NCBI GenBank assembly: GCA_964524845.1
Contig: CAZGFX010000002.1
Coordinates: forward strand, 157,422 to 221,421
Reading direction: 5' to 3'
DNA: 64,000 nucleotides
From: an uncultured Gammaproteobacteria bacterium
Lineage (GTDB): Bacteria > Patescibacteriota > Patescibacteriia > CAZGFX01
In this document: piece by piece, positions 1 to 8,675 of the stretch
Layout of the letters: each line of letters opens with the position of its first letter
Numbering within the stretch: the first letter of the stretch is position 1
Program-made: the position numbers and the translations under genes
The notes under the pieces: generated by a model
Told to the model about the DNA's origin: nothing
Databases searched by the model: none
The model's input: only the letters and a program-made list of their open reading frames with translations

Positions 1-879
1 AAACAATCTTTCTGGTCTAGCAAGGTCAGTTAAAAGCCAAAATGTCGTAGAATAAGCAACCAAACGACTCATTATAGGAGCTTCCCATGTATTATTACTA
101 TAAACAGCTAATGGTTGATAACTCTTTTTATGAGGTTCTTTTTGACTCAAAAAAACATATGTGAGACGTGAAAAATATTCTTTATGAGCTACTGTATCAA
201 CGTCAAAGGAGCTAACAATAACGTTTTCATAACTTATGGATCGTTCGTCTAAATATGTTTTAAATTGTTTGCCGGCATAATGAACATTTGATCCTTTTCC
301 AACAACTTCGTCTGGTAGATCAGCCGGATGAATTGTTATTATAAAATCAGCGAAGAAGTGCCCAAACTCTTTTTTTGCACGAACAGCGATCTCATTAAAA
401 TGTTCCTTTTTTCTTTCTTCTCCAGCAAGAACAACGTACATTGAGCGAGAAGGATAATTTGCTTCCAAAAGCGCCCTAATCGTAGCCGCAACAATCTCAT
501 ATGGTTCGTGTACCATTGGAAGAAAAACGACATGTTTAATCTCTTTCCATCGCTCAGGATATTCTCTTATAAGTTCTTCGAACCAGTTTTTTTCAACAGT
601 CTTCTTATATTGTATCCATGAATTAATCATGTAAACAGAAAGATATATTATTCGTATGAACCAATACATATCAAAAACGATTATAAAATAGATCGCGAAT
701 AAAGGAGCAAAAAAAGAAACAAGAAGAGCTGTTACGAGAACCGTCCATATAAAAGCCATTGGAATAATTTCCAAAATACGATAAAGTTGGTAATCGGATA
801 AAAACAAAAAGTTTTTTCTATCATTAACAAAAACCACATCACTTGGTGCCGTGCATTTTCTGTTTTTGTCGTATGACAT
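1..879 (-). CDS. Membrane-anchored glycosyltransferase family 2 protein (5' part; runs off the window start)
   Basis: Absent from the ORF track because it has no stop in the window. Hand translation from ATG at 879 gives MSYDKNRK...YRILEIIPMAFIWTVLV...YFIIVFDMYW, then HVVFLPMVHEPYE, EVVGKGSNVHYAG, VSSFDVDT. This is a GT2-like pattern common in CPR. Confidence 0.75.
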   Translation of the reverse strand, partial: MSYDKNRKCTAPSDVVFVNDRKNFLFLSDYQLYRILEIIPMAFIWTVLVTALLVSFFAPLFAIYFIIVFDMYWFIRIIYLSVYMINSWIQYKKTVEKNWFEELIREYPERWKEIKHVVFLPMVHEPYEIVAATIRALLEANYPSRSMYVVLAGEERKKEHFNEIAVRAKKEFGHFFADFIITIHPADLPDEVVGKGSNVHYAGKQFKTYLDERSISYENVIVSSFDVDTVAHKEYFSRLTYVFLSQKEPHKKSYQPLAVYSNNTWEAPIMSRLVAYSTTFWLLTDLARPERLF

Positions 880-885
880 ACAATA

Positions 886-2001
886 TTATTTTTTCTTATA
901 ATAAATAAAGTTATCAAATCTGAGATCTATATATTTTATACTTCCTAGCTGATCCATAAATTTTGGCCAGGCCTCAGTCAAATTCTCAACTTGATCATCC
1001 AAACTAATCATAGGGTCACAAATAATCTCTAAACCATTATCAAGAATAATTCGCACAACAGTATTTTTTTCCGCAATAGAACGAATTATATATTCTTTTA
1101 TTGAGGTGTTCACAGCTACTGGCACGAGATCATTAAGTCTTGTAATTGCTTTCACTGTAGTATCAGCAAACAACGCATCTCCAATCATTATAAGAGGATT
1201 CTTTGGTATAAAAACATAAGTACCATTTCCGTCTTTTACCACATTTGGAAGAGGAACATCTAGAAGATCTGTAGAAACGTTTTTATTATTTGATTTAGTA
1301 TTCTGTATCGCACTTGCTGTTTCAACTGTTTTTATGTCTGCAAAAAACTTAATAAGTTCTTGTTTTTCTATTTCTGTAAGATATGTACTCATAAGTTCCT
1401 GATCTTCTGCGAGTTTTTCAAGCGGTATCGGATCAAACGCTACAACGACTCGAGGCAATCCGTTTTTTTTATCCTTATTCATATCATTGACAGGAATACT
1501 GATTGTCCCGTTCATACTCACAAAATATTCTTCTTTCCCATTTACCAAAACAAGTTTTGTCGTTCCTTCGTCAATTTGAACCTCAATTAAATTCGGGTAG
1601 TGTTTTTTAACTGTAGCACTTGCGAGATTAAACTTTGAAACAAGTTTATTAGAAAGTACATTTGTGTCAGCAAACCAATATTGGCGATGTGAAAAAACAC
1701 GAAAAGCTTTTTCTGATAAAAAACGTTCTACTTCATCTGAAAAATCGGCTTTTGGTATCATGTTATATCCAGATATAACCACCGTGTCTATTTTCAAATG
1801 TGGTGTCGTTACAAAAAATATACACGCATATGCTATAACAAAAGCTATTAGTGTATATATTATCTTATTTTTAGTTATTTTCTGATCTTTTTTTCTTGCT
1901 TCAAAATGCTTCCAACCAGGCATTGATTGGCGCTTATGATTAAACGTCCCACGATACATCATAGAACGAGGACGCACCGACTGTGATCTTTTTCCAAACA
2001 T
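886..2001 (-). CDS. ftsQ: FtsQ/DivIB-like cell division protein
   Basis: Basic N-terminus, one TM helix, POTRA-like segment (KKHYPNLIEVQIDE) and C-terminal YIDLRFDNFIYYK. ATG at 2001 overlaps the upstream stop (TAATG). Confidence 0.7.
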   Translation of the reverse strand: MFGKRSQSVRPRSMMYRGTFNHKRQSMPGWKHFEARKKDQKITKNKIIYTLIAFVIAYACIFFVTTPHLKIDTVVISGYNMIPKADFSDEVERFLSEKAFRVFSHRQYWFADTNVLSNKLVSKFNLASATVKKHYPNLIEVQIDEGTTKLVLVNGKEEYFVSMNGTISIPVNDMNKDKKNGLPRVVVAFDPIPLEKLAEDQELMSTYLTEIEKQELIKFFADIKTVETASAIQNTKSNNKNVSTDLLDVPLPNVVKDGNGTYVFIPKNPLIMIGDALFADTTVKAITRLNDLVPVAVNTSIKEYIIRSIAEKNTVVRIILDNGLEIICDPMISLDDQVENLTEAWPKFMDQLGSIKYIDLRFDNFIYYKKK

Positions 2002-2696
2002 TAGTGTGATACAATATTTTGAATCCAATGAACAAGACTAGGATATGATATGTCCGGCTGTTCAAAAAACGGAAAGTGTCTACAATTAGGAATAATACAC
2101 ACATCTGTTTTTTCTGTGTTGTTTCCAACGTGTCTGATCGCATTTTTTGTCGCATGAGACACTCCGTCCTCTCCAACCATAATCAGTGTTGGTATACAAT
2201 CAAGTTTTTTAAAATCATTAATAGTACAATACGAGCACCACATCATATGGGTCGAAACATCTTTCTTTTTAAAAAACTTTTTACAATGATCGAAGAACAT
2301 TTTGAACATAGGGTACTTCGTTATTATAAATCTAGGAGCCACTAAAACTATGTTTTCAAGCCATTGCACACCCTGCTCAGCAAGCGCCATACCAACAACA
2401 GCTCCCATGCCATGCCCGATAATGGTGACATTTTTTATCCCCAGTGCTTGCGCAGATACATGAACATCGTTTGCTAGTCCTAGAAGTTCTTCTGGTGAAA
2501 GTATTTTTTTATCAATGGAATATCGTATATCTATAGCAACGCCACGATACCCTTCCATCTGATTGATAATGTCTGTCCACAACTCTTTACTATTTCCAAT
2601 ATCATGAAGAAAAAGAAGCACCGGGCCATCCCCACGATAGTCGTTATCAATATATTCGACCAAGTGATCATGCGCGATAATGTCTCCTTGTTTCAT
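2001..2696 (-). CDS. Alpha/beta-hydrolase fold protein, probably inactive
   Basis: GDGPVLLFLH, IIGHGMGAVVG (nucleophile Ser replaced by Gly), PTLIMVGE, HFPFFEQP. Confidence 0.75.
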   Translation of the reverse strand: MKQGDIIAHDHLVEYIDNDYRGDGPVLLFLHDIGNSKELWTDIINQMEGYRGVAIDIRYSIDKKILSPEELLGLANDVHVSAQALGIKNVTIIGHGMGAVVGMALAEQGVQWLENIVLVAPRFIITKYPMFKMFFDHCKKFFKKKDVSTHMMWCSYCTINDFKKLDCIPTLIMVGEDGVSHATKNAIRHVGNNTEKTDVCIIPNCRHFPFFEQPDISYPSLVHWIQNIVSH

Positions 2697-2701
2697 TTGT
2701 A

Positions 2702-3967
2702 TTATTTTGTAATTTTTTTCTTACCCATATAAGGAACTAGCGCTTTCGGAATAGTTATTGACCCATCTTCATTCTGATAATGCTCGATGAGAGAAATGAG
2801 AAATCTTGGGGTTGCAAGAGCTGTATTATTTAATGAATAACACATTACAATAGACCCATCATCATTTCGATATCTTATATTCATGCGTCTACACTGGAAA
2901 TCAAGCATATTAGAAACCGAATGTGTTTCTCCATATCCACCACGAGAATACATCCAACATTCAATATCTTTTGTATCATATTTTCCAAGAGACATGTCAC
3001 CTCCGCATAATTGCAGAACTCTGTGTGGAATCTCAAGTTCACGCACAATTTCAAGTGCGTTCTCAAAAATAAAATTATACATCCGAACAGACTCATCAAG
3101 ATCGGCTGGCATAATTACCACTTGTTCGACCTTATTAAACTGGTGAATACGATATAATCCTTTTATATCCTTACCATATGATCCTGCCTCTCTTCGAAAA
3201 CACGTGGAATATCCCGCATACAGAAGTGGTAATTTGTCTTTATCAATAATTTCATCTTTATGATACGCCATAATAGGAATTTCAGATGTTGCAATAAGAT
3301 ACTTATCATCCTTTTCACAATAAAACGCATCATCTTCTCCTCCTGGAAAATATCCGGTTCCTTTGAAACAATCCGGATTCACAATATAAGGTGTACTCAA
3401 TGGAACAAATCCTTTTTTTACAATATGATCAAGTGCAAACCGAAGTAGCGCCTGTTCTAATAACATTCCATCTCCTTTCAAGAAATATCCGCGCGCGCCC
3501 GCGACTTTAACACCACGATCAACATCCAACATGTCGAGATCTTGCATTATAGAAACATGATCTTTCGGCTCAAAATCAAATTTTCGTACATCTCCCCATT
3601 TCAGAACCTCAACATTATCATTACTATCAACACCATCGGGAATATGCGAAGCAACAATATTAGGAACAGAAAGAAGAAGTTTTGATAACATTTCTTCATT
3701 CTCGCGGGCGCGCGAGTTAAGTTCTTCCTCTTGATCACCAATCTCCTTCATTTTCTTTATAACGTCTTCTCTTTCTTTGCCTGATAAAGAAGGAATTTCC
3801 TTTGACGCGGTGTTTTTCTGGGCACGAATATCATCGAGTTTTTTTTGAAGCTCTTTACGCTCATCATCGAGTTTTATAATTTTATCAATATCAATATCCT
3901 TGCGCTTTTTTTTGGCCGCATTAATAACTTCATCTGTATGTTCTCTGATAAACTTTATATCCAACAT
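2702..3967 (-). CDS. serS: Serine--tRNA ligase
   Basis: MLDIKFIRE start, N-terminal coiled coil, ATSE, FRREAGSYG, GLYRIHQFNKVEQ, LNNTALATPR. Confidence 0.98.
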   Translation of the reverse strand: MLDIKFIREHTDEVINAAKKKRKDIDIDKIIKLDDERKELQKKLDDIRAQKNTASKEIPSLSGKEREDVIKKMKEIGDQEEELNSRARENEEMLSKLLLSVPNIVASHIPDGVDSNDNVEVLKWGDVRKFDFEPKDHVSIMQDLDMLDVDRGVKVAGARGYFLKGDGMLLEQALLRFALDHIVKKGFVPLSTPYIVNPDCFKGTGYFPGGEDDAFYCEKDDKYLIATSEIPIMAYHKDEIIDKDKLPLLYAGYSTCFRREAGSYGKDIKGLYRIHQFNKVEQVVIMPADLDESVRMYNFIFENALEIVRELEIPHRVLQLCGGDMSLGKYDTKDIECWMYSRGGYGETHSVSNMLDFQCRRMNIRYRNDDGSIVMCYSLNNTALATPRFLISLIEHYQNEDGSITIPKALVPYMGKKKITK

Positions 3968-3990
3968 AAAATTGTTATATGGATTTCGAA

Positions 3991-4635
3991 TTATTTCAGA
4001 TCGGAAATAGTCAAAGATGATATTATATCTCCTTGTGCTATAGCATTAACAACATTCTGTCCTTCAGTAACTCTGCCAAATATAGTGTGTTTTCCATCAA
4101 GCCATGGCGTCGCTACATGTGTGATAAAAAACTGGCTTCCGTTCGTGTCCGGACCAGAATTCGCCATAGCGAGAACACCTGGACCATCAAATTTAAAATC
4201 TGAAACAAACTCATCTTTAAACTGATATCCGGGACCACCTCGTCCCGTACCTTCTGGATCACCGCCTTGAATCATAAAATCCTGTATCACTCGATGGAAC
4301 GTAAGTCCATTATAAAATCCTTTTTGTGCAAGAGTTATAAAATTTGCAACAGTATGAGGAACTTTTTTTGCATATAATTGCACGACGATCTTTCCTTTTG
4401 ATGTTTCAAAAGTAGCTATCATATCATTAGCATATGACGCGGCATCAATTATTCCTCCCATCTCTTTTGCATCAATACTGACCTTGTTTTGTGTATTCAT
4501 ATTTGTGTTTTCGGCAGATGAGGGTGTCTCTGATGTTTTTAATGGGATTGTATTGTTCGAATAATTATTTGAAGCACAACCCGTATTCAATACAAAAACA
4601 AAAGTCAGAAAAAACACCACTATTCTCATTTGCAT
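3991..4635 (-). CDS. Cyclophilin-type peptidyl-prolyl isomerase, probable lipoprotein
   Basis: [43 protein letters not shown]. The N-terminal hydrophobic stretch ends in LNTGC (lipobox-like). Confidence 0.93.
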   Translation of the reverse strand: MQMRIVVFFLTFVFVLNTGCASNNYSNNTIPLKTSETPSSAENTNMNTQNKVSIDAKEMGGIIDAASYANDMIATFETSKGKIVVQLYAKKVPHTVANFITLAQKGFYNGLTFHRVIQDFMIQGGDPEGTGRGGPGYQFKDEFVSDFKFDGPGVLAMANSGPDTNGSQFFITHVATPWLDGKHTIFGRVTEGQNVVNAIAQGDIISSLTISDLK

Positions 4636-4721
4636 ATAAAATAATAAAAATATCTAATTATAGCCAAATAATACCACTTTTTTATAATAAAAACAACAAT
4701 TTTGCACACCTTCTAAATTTA

Positions 4722-4826
4722 TTGACAAAAATAATATATGGTTGTAATATCATTTTGGTAAAAATAACTTAAAAAAACAAAGAAACAACTAAAAGCCCTC
4801 TTTATGTGGGGGCATGGAGGTGTGCG
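4722..4826 (+). promoter_or_regulatory. Sigma70-type promoter, A-rich leader, hairpin and SD of cassette A
   Basis: TTGACA 4722-4727, 17 bp, TAATAT 4745-4750. Hairpin GCCCTC/GGGGGC 4795-4813. GGAGG 4816-4820, 6 nt before ATG 4827. Confidence 0.75.
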
Positions 4827-5294
4827 ATGTGTAAAACGTGCGAAACAAAAGAACATAAAACAACAACAGATTTCGGTTCTAGGTGGGAACTTTTCGGAAC
4901 TTGTATGAAGTGCGGACTAAAAATCAACGTTCTGCAAGAAATATCTAGATATGGAAACAGGGTGTGCAAACAGTGCGGAGGAGCGTGGTATGAAAACAAT
5001 TGTATTATATGCAAAGGACCAATCGACTCCAGATACGAAGACACTCGCAAAAGATGTGTAACATGCAATTGGTTTATTTGCCCTCAGTGCGGAGGATGTT
5101 TTTGTACCGCCCAAGAAAGGCTATATCCCGATAAATTAGCAGAATTGCTTAGAAAATACGGCGATCCTTCTCTTGTAATTATTGATGATGATCCAACAAA
5201 TCCATATGGAAATGGATATTGCGCGTATTGCGGAATGGAAATAGACGGAATCATACACCCAGATGATGACTGTCCAAATTTTCCTGATCCATAA
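4827..5294 (+). CDS. Cys-rich multi-zinc-ribbon protein (about 155 aa)
   Basis: Seven CxxC pairs, including NNCIICKGPIDS...RCVTCNWFICPQCGGCFC. Start moved to the SD-led ATG 4827. Confidence 0.75.
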   Translation: MCKTCETKEHKTTTDFGSRWELFGTCMKCGLKINVLQEISRYGNRVCKQCGGAWYENNCIICKGPIDSRYEDTRKRCVTCNWFICPQCGGCFCTAQERLYPDKLAELLRKYGDPSLVIIDDDPTNPYGNGYCAYCGMEIDGIIHPDDDCPNFPDP

Positions 5295-5325
5295 TTATGA
5301 GACGATAATTAACATTTTTAAACAC

Positions 5326-5358
5326 AAATCCTGTTCACAACGAACAGGATTTTTTTTT
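5326..5358 (+). terminator. Intrinsic terminator between cassette A and lysS
   Basis: AAATCCTGTTC-acaac-GAACAGGATTT followed by a T run. Confidence 0.8.
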
Positions 5359-5373
5359 GTAAGAAATTATTTT

Positions 5374-6918
5374 CTACTTCACCAAAGGAAACCAGACCAC
5401 TTCCTTGATGTTTTCTGTACCAGTTATAAGTGCGATAAATCGCTCAATCCCTATTCCTACTCCTGATATTGGTGGAAATCCGTGTTCCATTGCACGAACA
5501 TACTCATCATCCTTGCAATGAGCATCCTTATCTCCACATTCTTTTGCCTTAGCTTGGGCATTAAATCTTTCTGCTTGATCAATAGGATCAACCAGCTCCG
5601 AATAACCATTTACGACCTCCCACCCATTTACTACCAACTGAAATCGATCAACAATATTTTGATCCTCATCGTTTTTTCGAGCAAGAGGAGAAAGATCAAC
5701 AGGATGTTTAATTAAGAAAACCGGACCAAGCATTTTTGGACGCGAAACCTTCTTATAAAGAGAATCTATGAGATTTCCTCTTCCTAATACATCAATATCA
5801 TCAATATCTATTTTTCTCTTCTTTATCTCAGCTCGAAGATCAGAAGCTGTTTTATATGAATTTATATCAATTCCGCAATCATTTTTTATTAAATCAACAA
5901 ATGTAATTTCCTCCCACCTCTTCCCTCCAAAATCAACGTCTTGTACAACTCCATCATGACCTTTTATTGGAATCACGAGATTCCCTTTTGTTTCTTTCAA
6001 TACATGTTGGATCAGTTCTCTAGTAAACGTCATATTGTCTCTAAAATTCCAATATGCCGCATAATGCTCACACATCATAAACTCTTGCAAATGCGATGGA
6101 TCAATTCCTTCGTTTCGAAACACCTGTCCTATTTCAAATGTTTTTTCAAAACCAGCTCCAATGAGTTCTTTTTGATGTATTTCAAGAGCTATACGAAGAT
6201 AAAAATCGCGATCAAGCGCATTGTGATGCGTTACAAACGGCTGAGCCAAAGCTCCGGACGGAGCGTGTTGAAATACTGGGGTTTGCACCTCGAGAAAACC
6301 ATTTTTGTAATAAAACTCTCTCATTGCACGTATAAAATTCGCACGAGTAAGAAGAATATCCTTCACTTCTGGATTGGAAAGAATATCCAAATATCTTTGC
6401 TGATATCGAGTCTCAACATCTTTCAATCCGTGATATTTCTCAGGCATTGGACGAAGTGTTTTTGAAAGAAGTGTGTATTCACGCACAAAAACAGTCGGCT
6501 CTCCTCTCTTTGTAACAGCAATTTCTCCTTCAACTCCTATAAAATCACCGGCATCAATTAATTTAAGATTTTTGAAAGAATTTTCTCCTAAAGCATTTTT
6601 AGTTAAAGCTATTTGTATCTGTCCTGTCTCATCACGAAGTTGTGCAAATACGAGATTTCCATGCTCTCTCCATAACATAATACGACCACGAATTTTTTCT
6701 TTCTTGGTTTTTTTCTTTCCTTCAAGCTCATCCATATGAGGGAGCTTTTTGATATTTTTATCTCCGTACTCTTTAAGATCTGAAATTGTTATCGTCGCAT
6801 CATACTTGTCAGCATAAGACTGTATTCCGATTTCACGAAGTTGTCTGAGCTTCTCAATACGCATCATATACTCATCTCCCGTATCTATGTCGTTGTTTTG
6901 TGGTTTAAAATCAGTCAT
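5374..6918 (-). CDS. lysS: Lysine--tRNA ligase (class II)
   Basis: OB-fold, RYQQRYLD, YLRIALE, FRNEGIDPSHLQEF, EHGFPPISGVGIGIER. Confidence 0.98.
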   Translation of the reverse strand: MTDFKPQNNDIDTGDEYMMRIEKLRQLREIGIQSYADKYDATITISDLKEYGDKNIKKLPHMDELEGKKKTKKEKIRGRIMLWREHGNLVFAQLRDETGQIQIALTKNALGENSFKNLKLIDAGDFIGVEGEIAVTKRGEPTVFVREYTLLSKTLRPMPEKYHGLKDVETRYQQRYLDILSNPEVKDILLTRANFIRAMREFYYKNGFLEVQTPVFQHAPSGALAQPFVTHHNALDRDFYLRIALEIHQKELIGAGFEKTFEIGQVFRNEGIDPSHLQEFMMCEHYAAYWNFRDNMTFTRELIQHVLKETKGNLVIPIKGHDGVVQDVDFGGKRWEEITFVDLIKNDCGIDINSYKTASDLRAEIKKRKIDIDDIDVLGRGNLIDSLYKKVSRPKMLGPVFLIKHPVDLSPLARKNDEDQNIVDRFQLVVNGWEVVNGYSELVDPIDQAERFNAQAKAKECGDKDAHCKDDEYVRAMEHGFPPISGVGIGIERFIALITGTENIKEVVWFPLVK

Positions 6919-7022
6919 ATATTTAAATCTTGTTTAATTTTAGCGAAAAAACCACACGATGTCAAAAATAAAAAATCAAGAGCGAAAAAACGTCTCTTGA
7001 TATTTATGTGTTGGAAATTAAC

Positions 7023-7631
7023 TTATAACCTCGTTATTTTCCAAACTATAACCGACGTATACACTGTACTGCAAACAGCGAACAAAACAAGAACCCCTAT
7101 TATTGTGTTCGGAATAAACAATGATTGAAAAAACGGATAAAATGGAATGGCAATAAGAGAGAGTGCTATGGTCGTTGCAGTAAAAATAAGAGAGTTTTTG
7201 AGATACTTGTATGAACTTTCTTTATCATTTAACAAGCGAATAAAATAGTCTTCCTTCTCCTTAAGCAGTCTTTTAAAATGTTCTGGATGGTTCATGATTA
7301 AAGAAGGTGAAATATCTATAATATCACTTAGGTGCGCAACGAAATCAATATATTCCGGACTTCCTTCTTTGTATTTTTTGAGATCAAGTTTGTGTAACCA
7401 ACCAGAAAACCAAGCAAGCACCTCTCGATACTTTGTTCCAATAAGATCGTGTGGATTATCATCTTCTTGTAACTCGTATACAAATAACGCCTTAACCTCC
7501 TGTGTAAGTGTGTGTAGCTGATAATTTATACGAGTAAGTTTATATACTACAAATGTCGATGCAAGCGCGATAATTGCGGCAAGTGTCTGAGATATCGTAC
7601 TAAGCGTGAAAAACCAAAAATTCGAGTCCAT
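7023..7631 (-). CDS. Hypothetical membrane protein (about 3 TM)
   Basis: 202-aa ORF with N- and C-terminal hydrophobic helices, followed by a hairpin at about 6974-7000. Confidence 0.7.
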   Translation of the reverse strand: MDSNFWFFTLSTISQTLAAIIALASTFVVYKLTRINYQLHTLTQEVKALFVYELQEDDNPHDLIGTKYREVLAWFSGWLHKLDLKKYKEGSPEYIDFVAHLSDIIDISPSLIMNHPEHFKRLLKEKEDYFIRLLNDKESSYKYLKNSLIFTATTIALSLIAIPFYPFFQSLFIPNTIIGVLVLFAVCSTVYTSVIVWKITRL

Positions 7632-7701
7632 AAAATAATATTTAAACTATCTTTATATAGTATACACGAAAATGTAAAATAATTGAATTTTTGTTAATTT
7701 T

Positions 7702-8127
7702 CTATTCTTTAATTTTTGAAATATTATCAACGGTCATCCATGCAACCCCCGAACCAAATCCTTTTTTATTAATAAAAAATGGTTCCCTTATAATTTGTGG
7801 GTCTCGAAGAAATATTAAAATACAATATTTTGGTAATTTATCCCATTTAGTAACATCCTTCTTAATCAAGCAAATTTTATCACCATATTCTTTTATAATT
7901 GAGTTCGCGTCAATGACGTTATTGATTGTAAATTGAATAACCCTTGATACTATCGCTTTAGCAATAACTGGCCCTCCTGAGTCTTTAAAAAAAACAACAT
8001 CATTTTCTTGTATTCTATTCCATGGTGCACGTTTTGTCTGATACCATCGCGATTCTATGGTTTTTTCTCCTGAAATAATTTTTGGAATAAGTTTCCAAGA
8101 CTTATTCATAATCGCGATATGATACAT
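7702..8127 (-). CDS. ASCH-domain protein
   Basis: HIAIM...IISGEKTIESR...PW..IQENDVVFFK matches the ASCH GxKxxExR motif. Confidence 0.8.
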   Translation of the reverse strand: MYHIAIMNKSWKLIPKIISGEKTIESRWYQTKRAPWNRIQENDVVFFKDSGGPVIAKAIVSRVIQFTINNVIDANSIIKEYGDKICLIKKDVTKWDKLPKYCILIFLRDPQIIREPFFINKKGFGSGVAWMTVDNISKIKE

Positions 8128-8131
8128 GTTA

Positions 8132-8632
8132 TTAAATTATAATCAAAATTTTATTATCTAACCTAGCACTTAGTTTTTCGGCCAATGCCTTGCCTTCTTG
8201 ACTAAACGGCCATGCAAATAATTTAACATCTTTTGTGTGCGGTATATCTTTAATCGCTTCTTTAAACATCTCTACTGCATAACCCTTTCGTCTGTATTCT
8301 GGTATGGTAAACGCGGCACAAAGATATAATGCTTCATATTCATCCTGTGATTTGGTCAAATCAAGTAATTCTCGTTCGTTAATCTCTCTCTTTAAGAATT
8401 TCTCCATCAGTTCTGTTTGTGTCGGCAACACAACCACCCAGCTAATCGGTTCTCCGTTATCCAATCTATATACTACAGTTTTCGGATGCAACTGCTGTAA
8501 TTTGTAAAACGACTCCCGCGTTATTGGCATTTGATTAGGATCACTCGCGGTTCCGAAAAATCGCTCCGCAATATTTAACATTTTATCTAACACTTTTTCA
8601 TCCATATTTTTGTTTCTTACGCACCATAACAT
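8132..8632 (-). CDS. Hypothetical protein with GNAT-like acetyl-CoA-binding motif
   Basis: AFTIPEYRRKGYAVEMF resembles GNAT motif A. The start may be the ATG at 8605. Confidence 0.6.
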   Translation of the reverse strand: MLWCVRNKNMDEKVLDKMLNIAERFFGTASDPNQMPITRESFYKLQQLHPKTVVYRLDNGEPISWVVVLPTQTELMEKFLKREINERELLDLTKSQDEYEALYLCAAFTIPEYRRKGYAVEMFKEAIKDIPHTKDVKLFAWPFSQEGKALAEKLSARLDNKILIII

Positions 8633-8675
8633 CTTTATTCCTCCTTCGCTAAATCCATTGAAGGATTGCTAGATG

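Noticed and set aside
8633-8665. Counting the 166-aa gene as a ninth SD cassette
   Set aside because: Its AAGGAGG lies within a REP-like hairpin, and there is no promoter or A-rich leader between it and secA.
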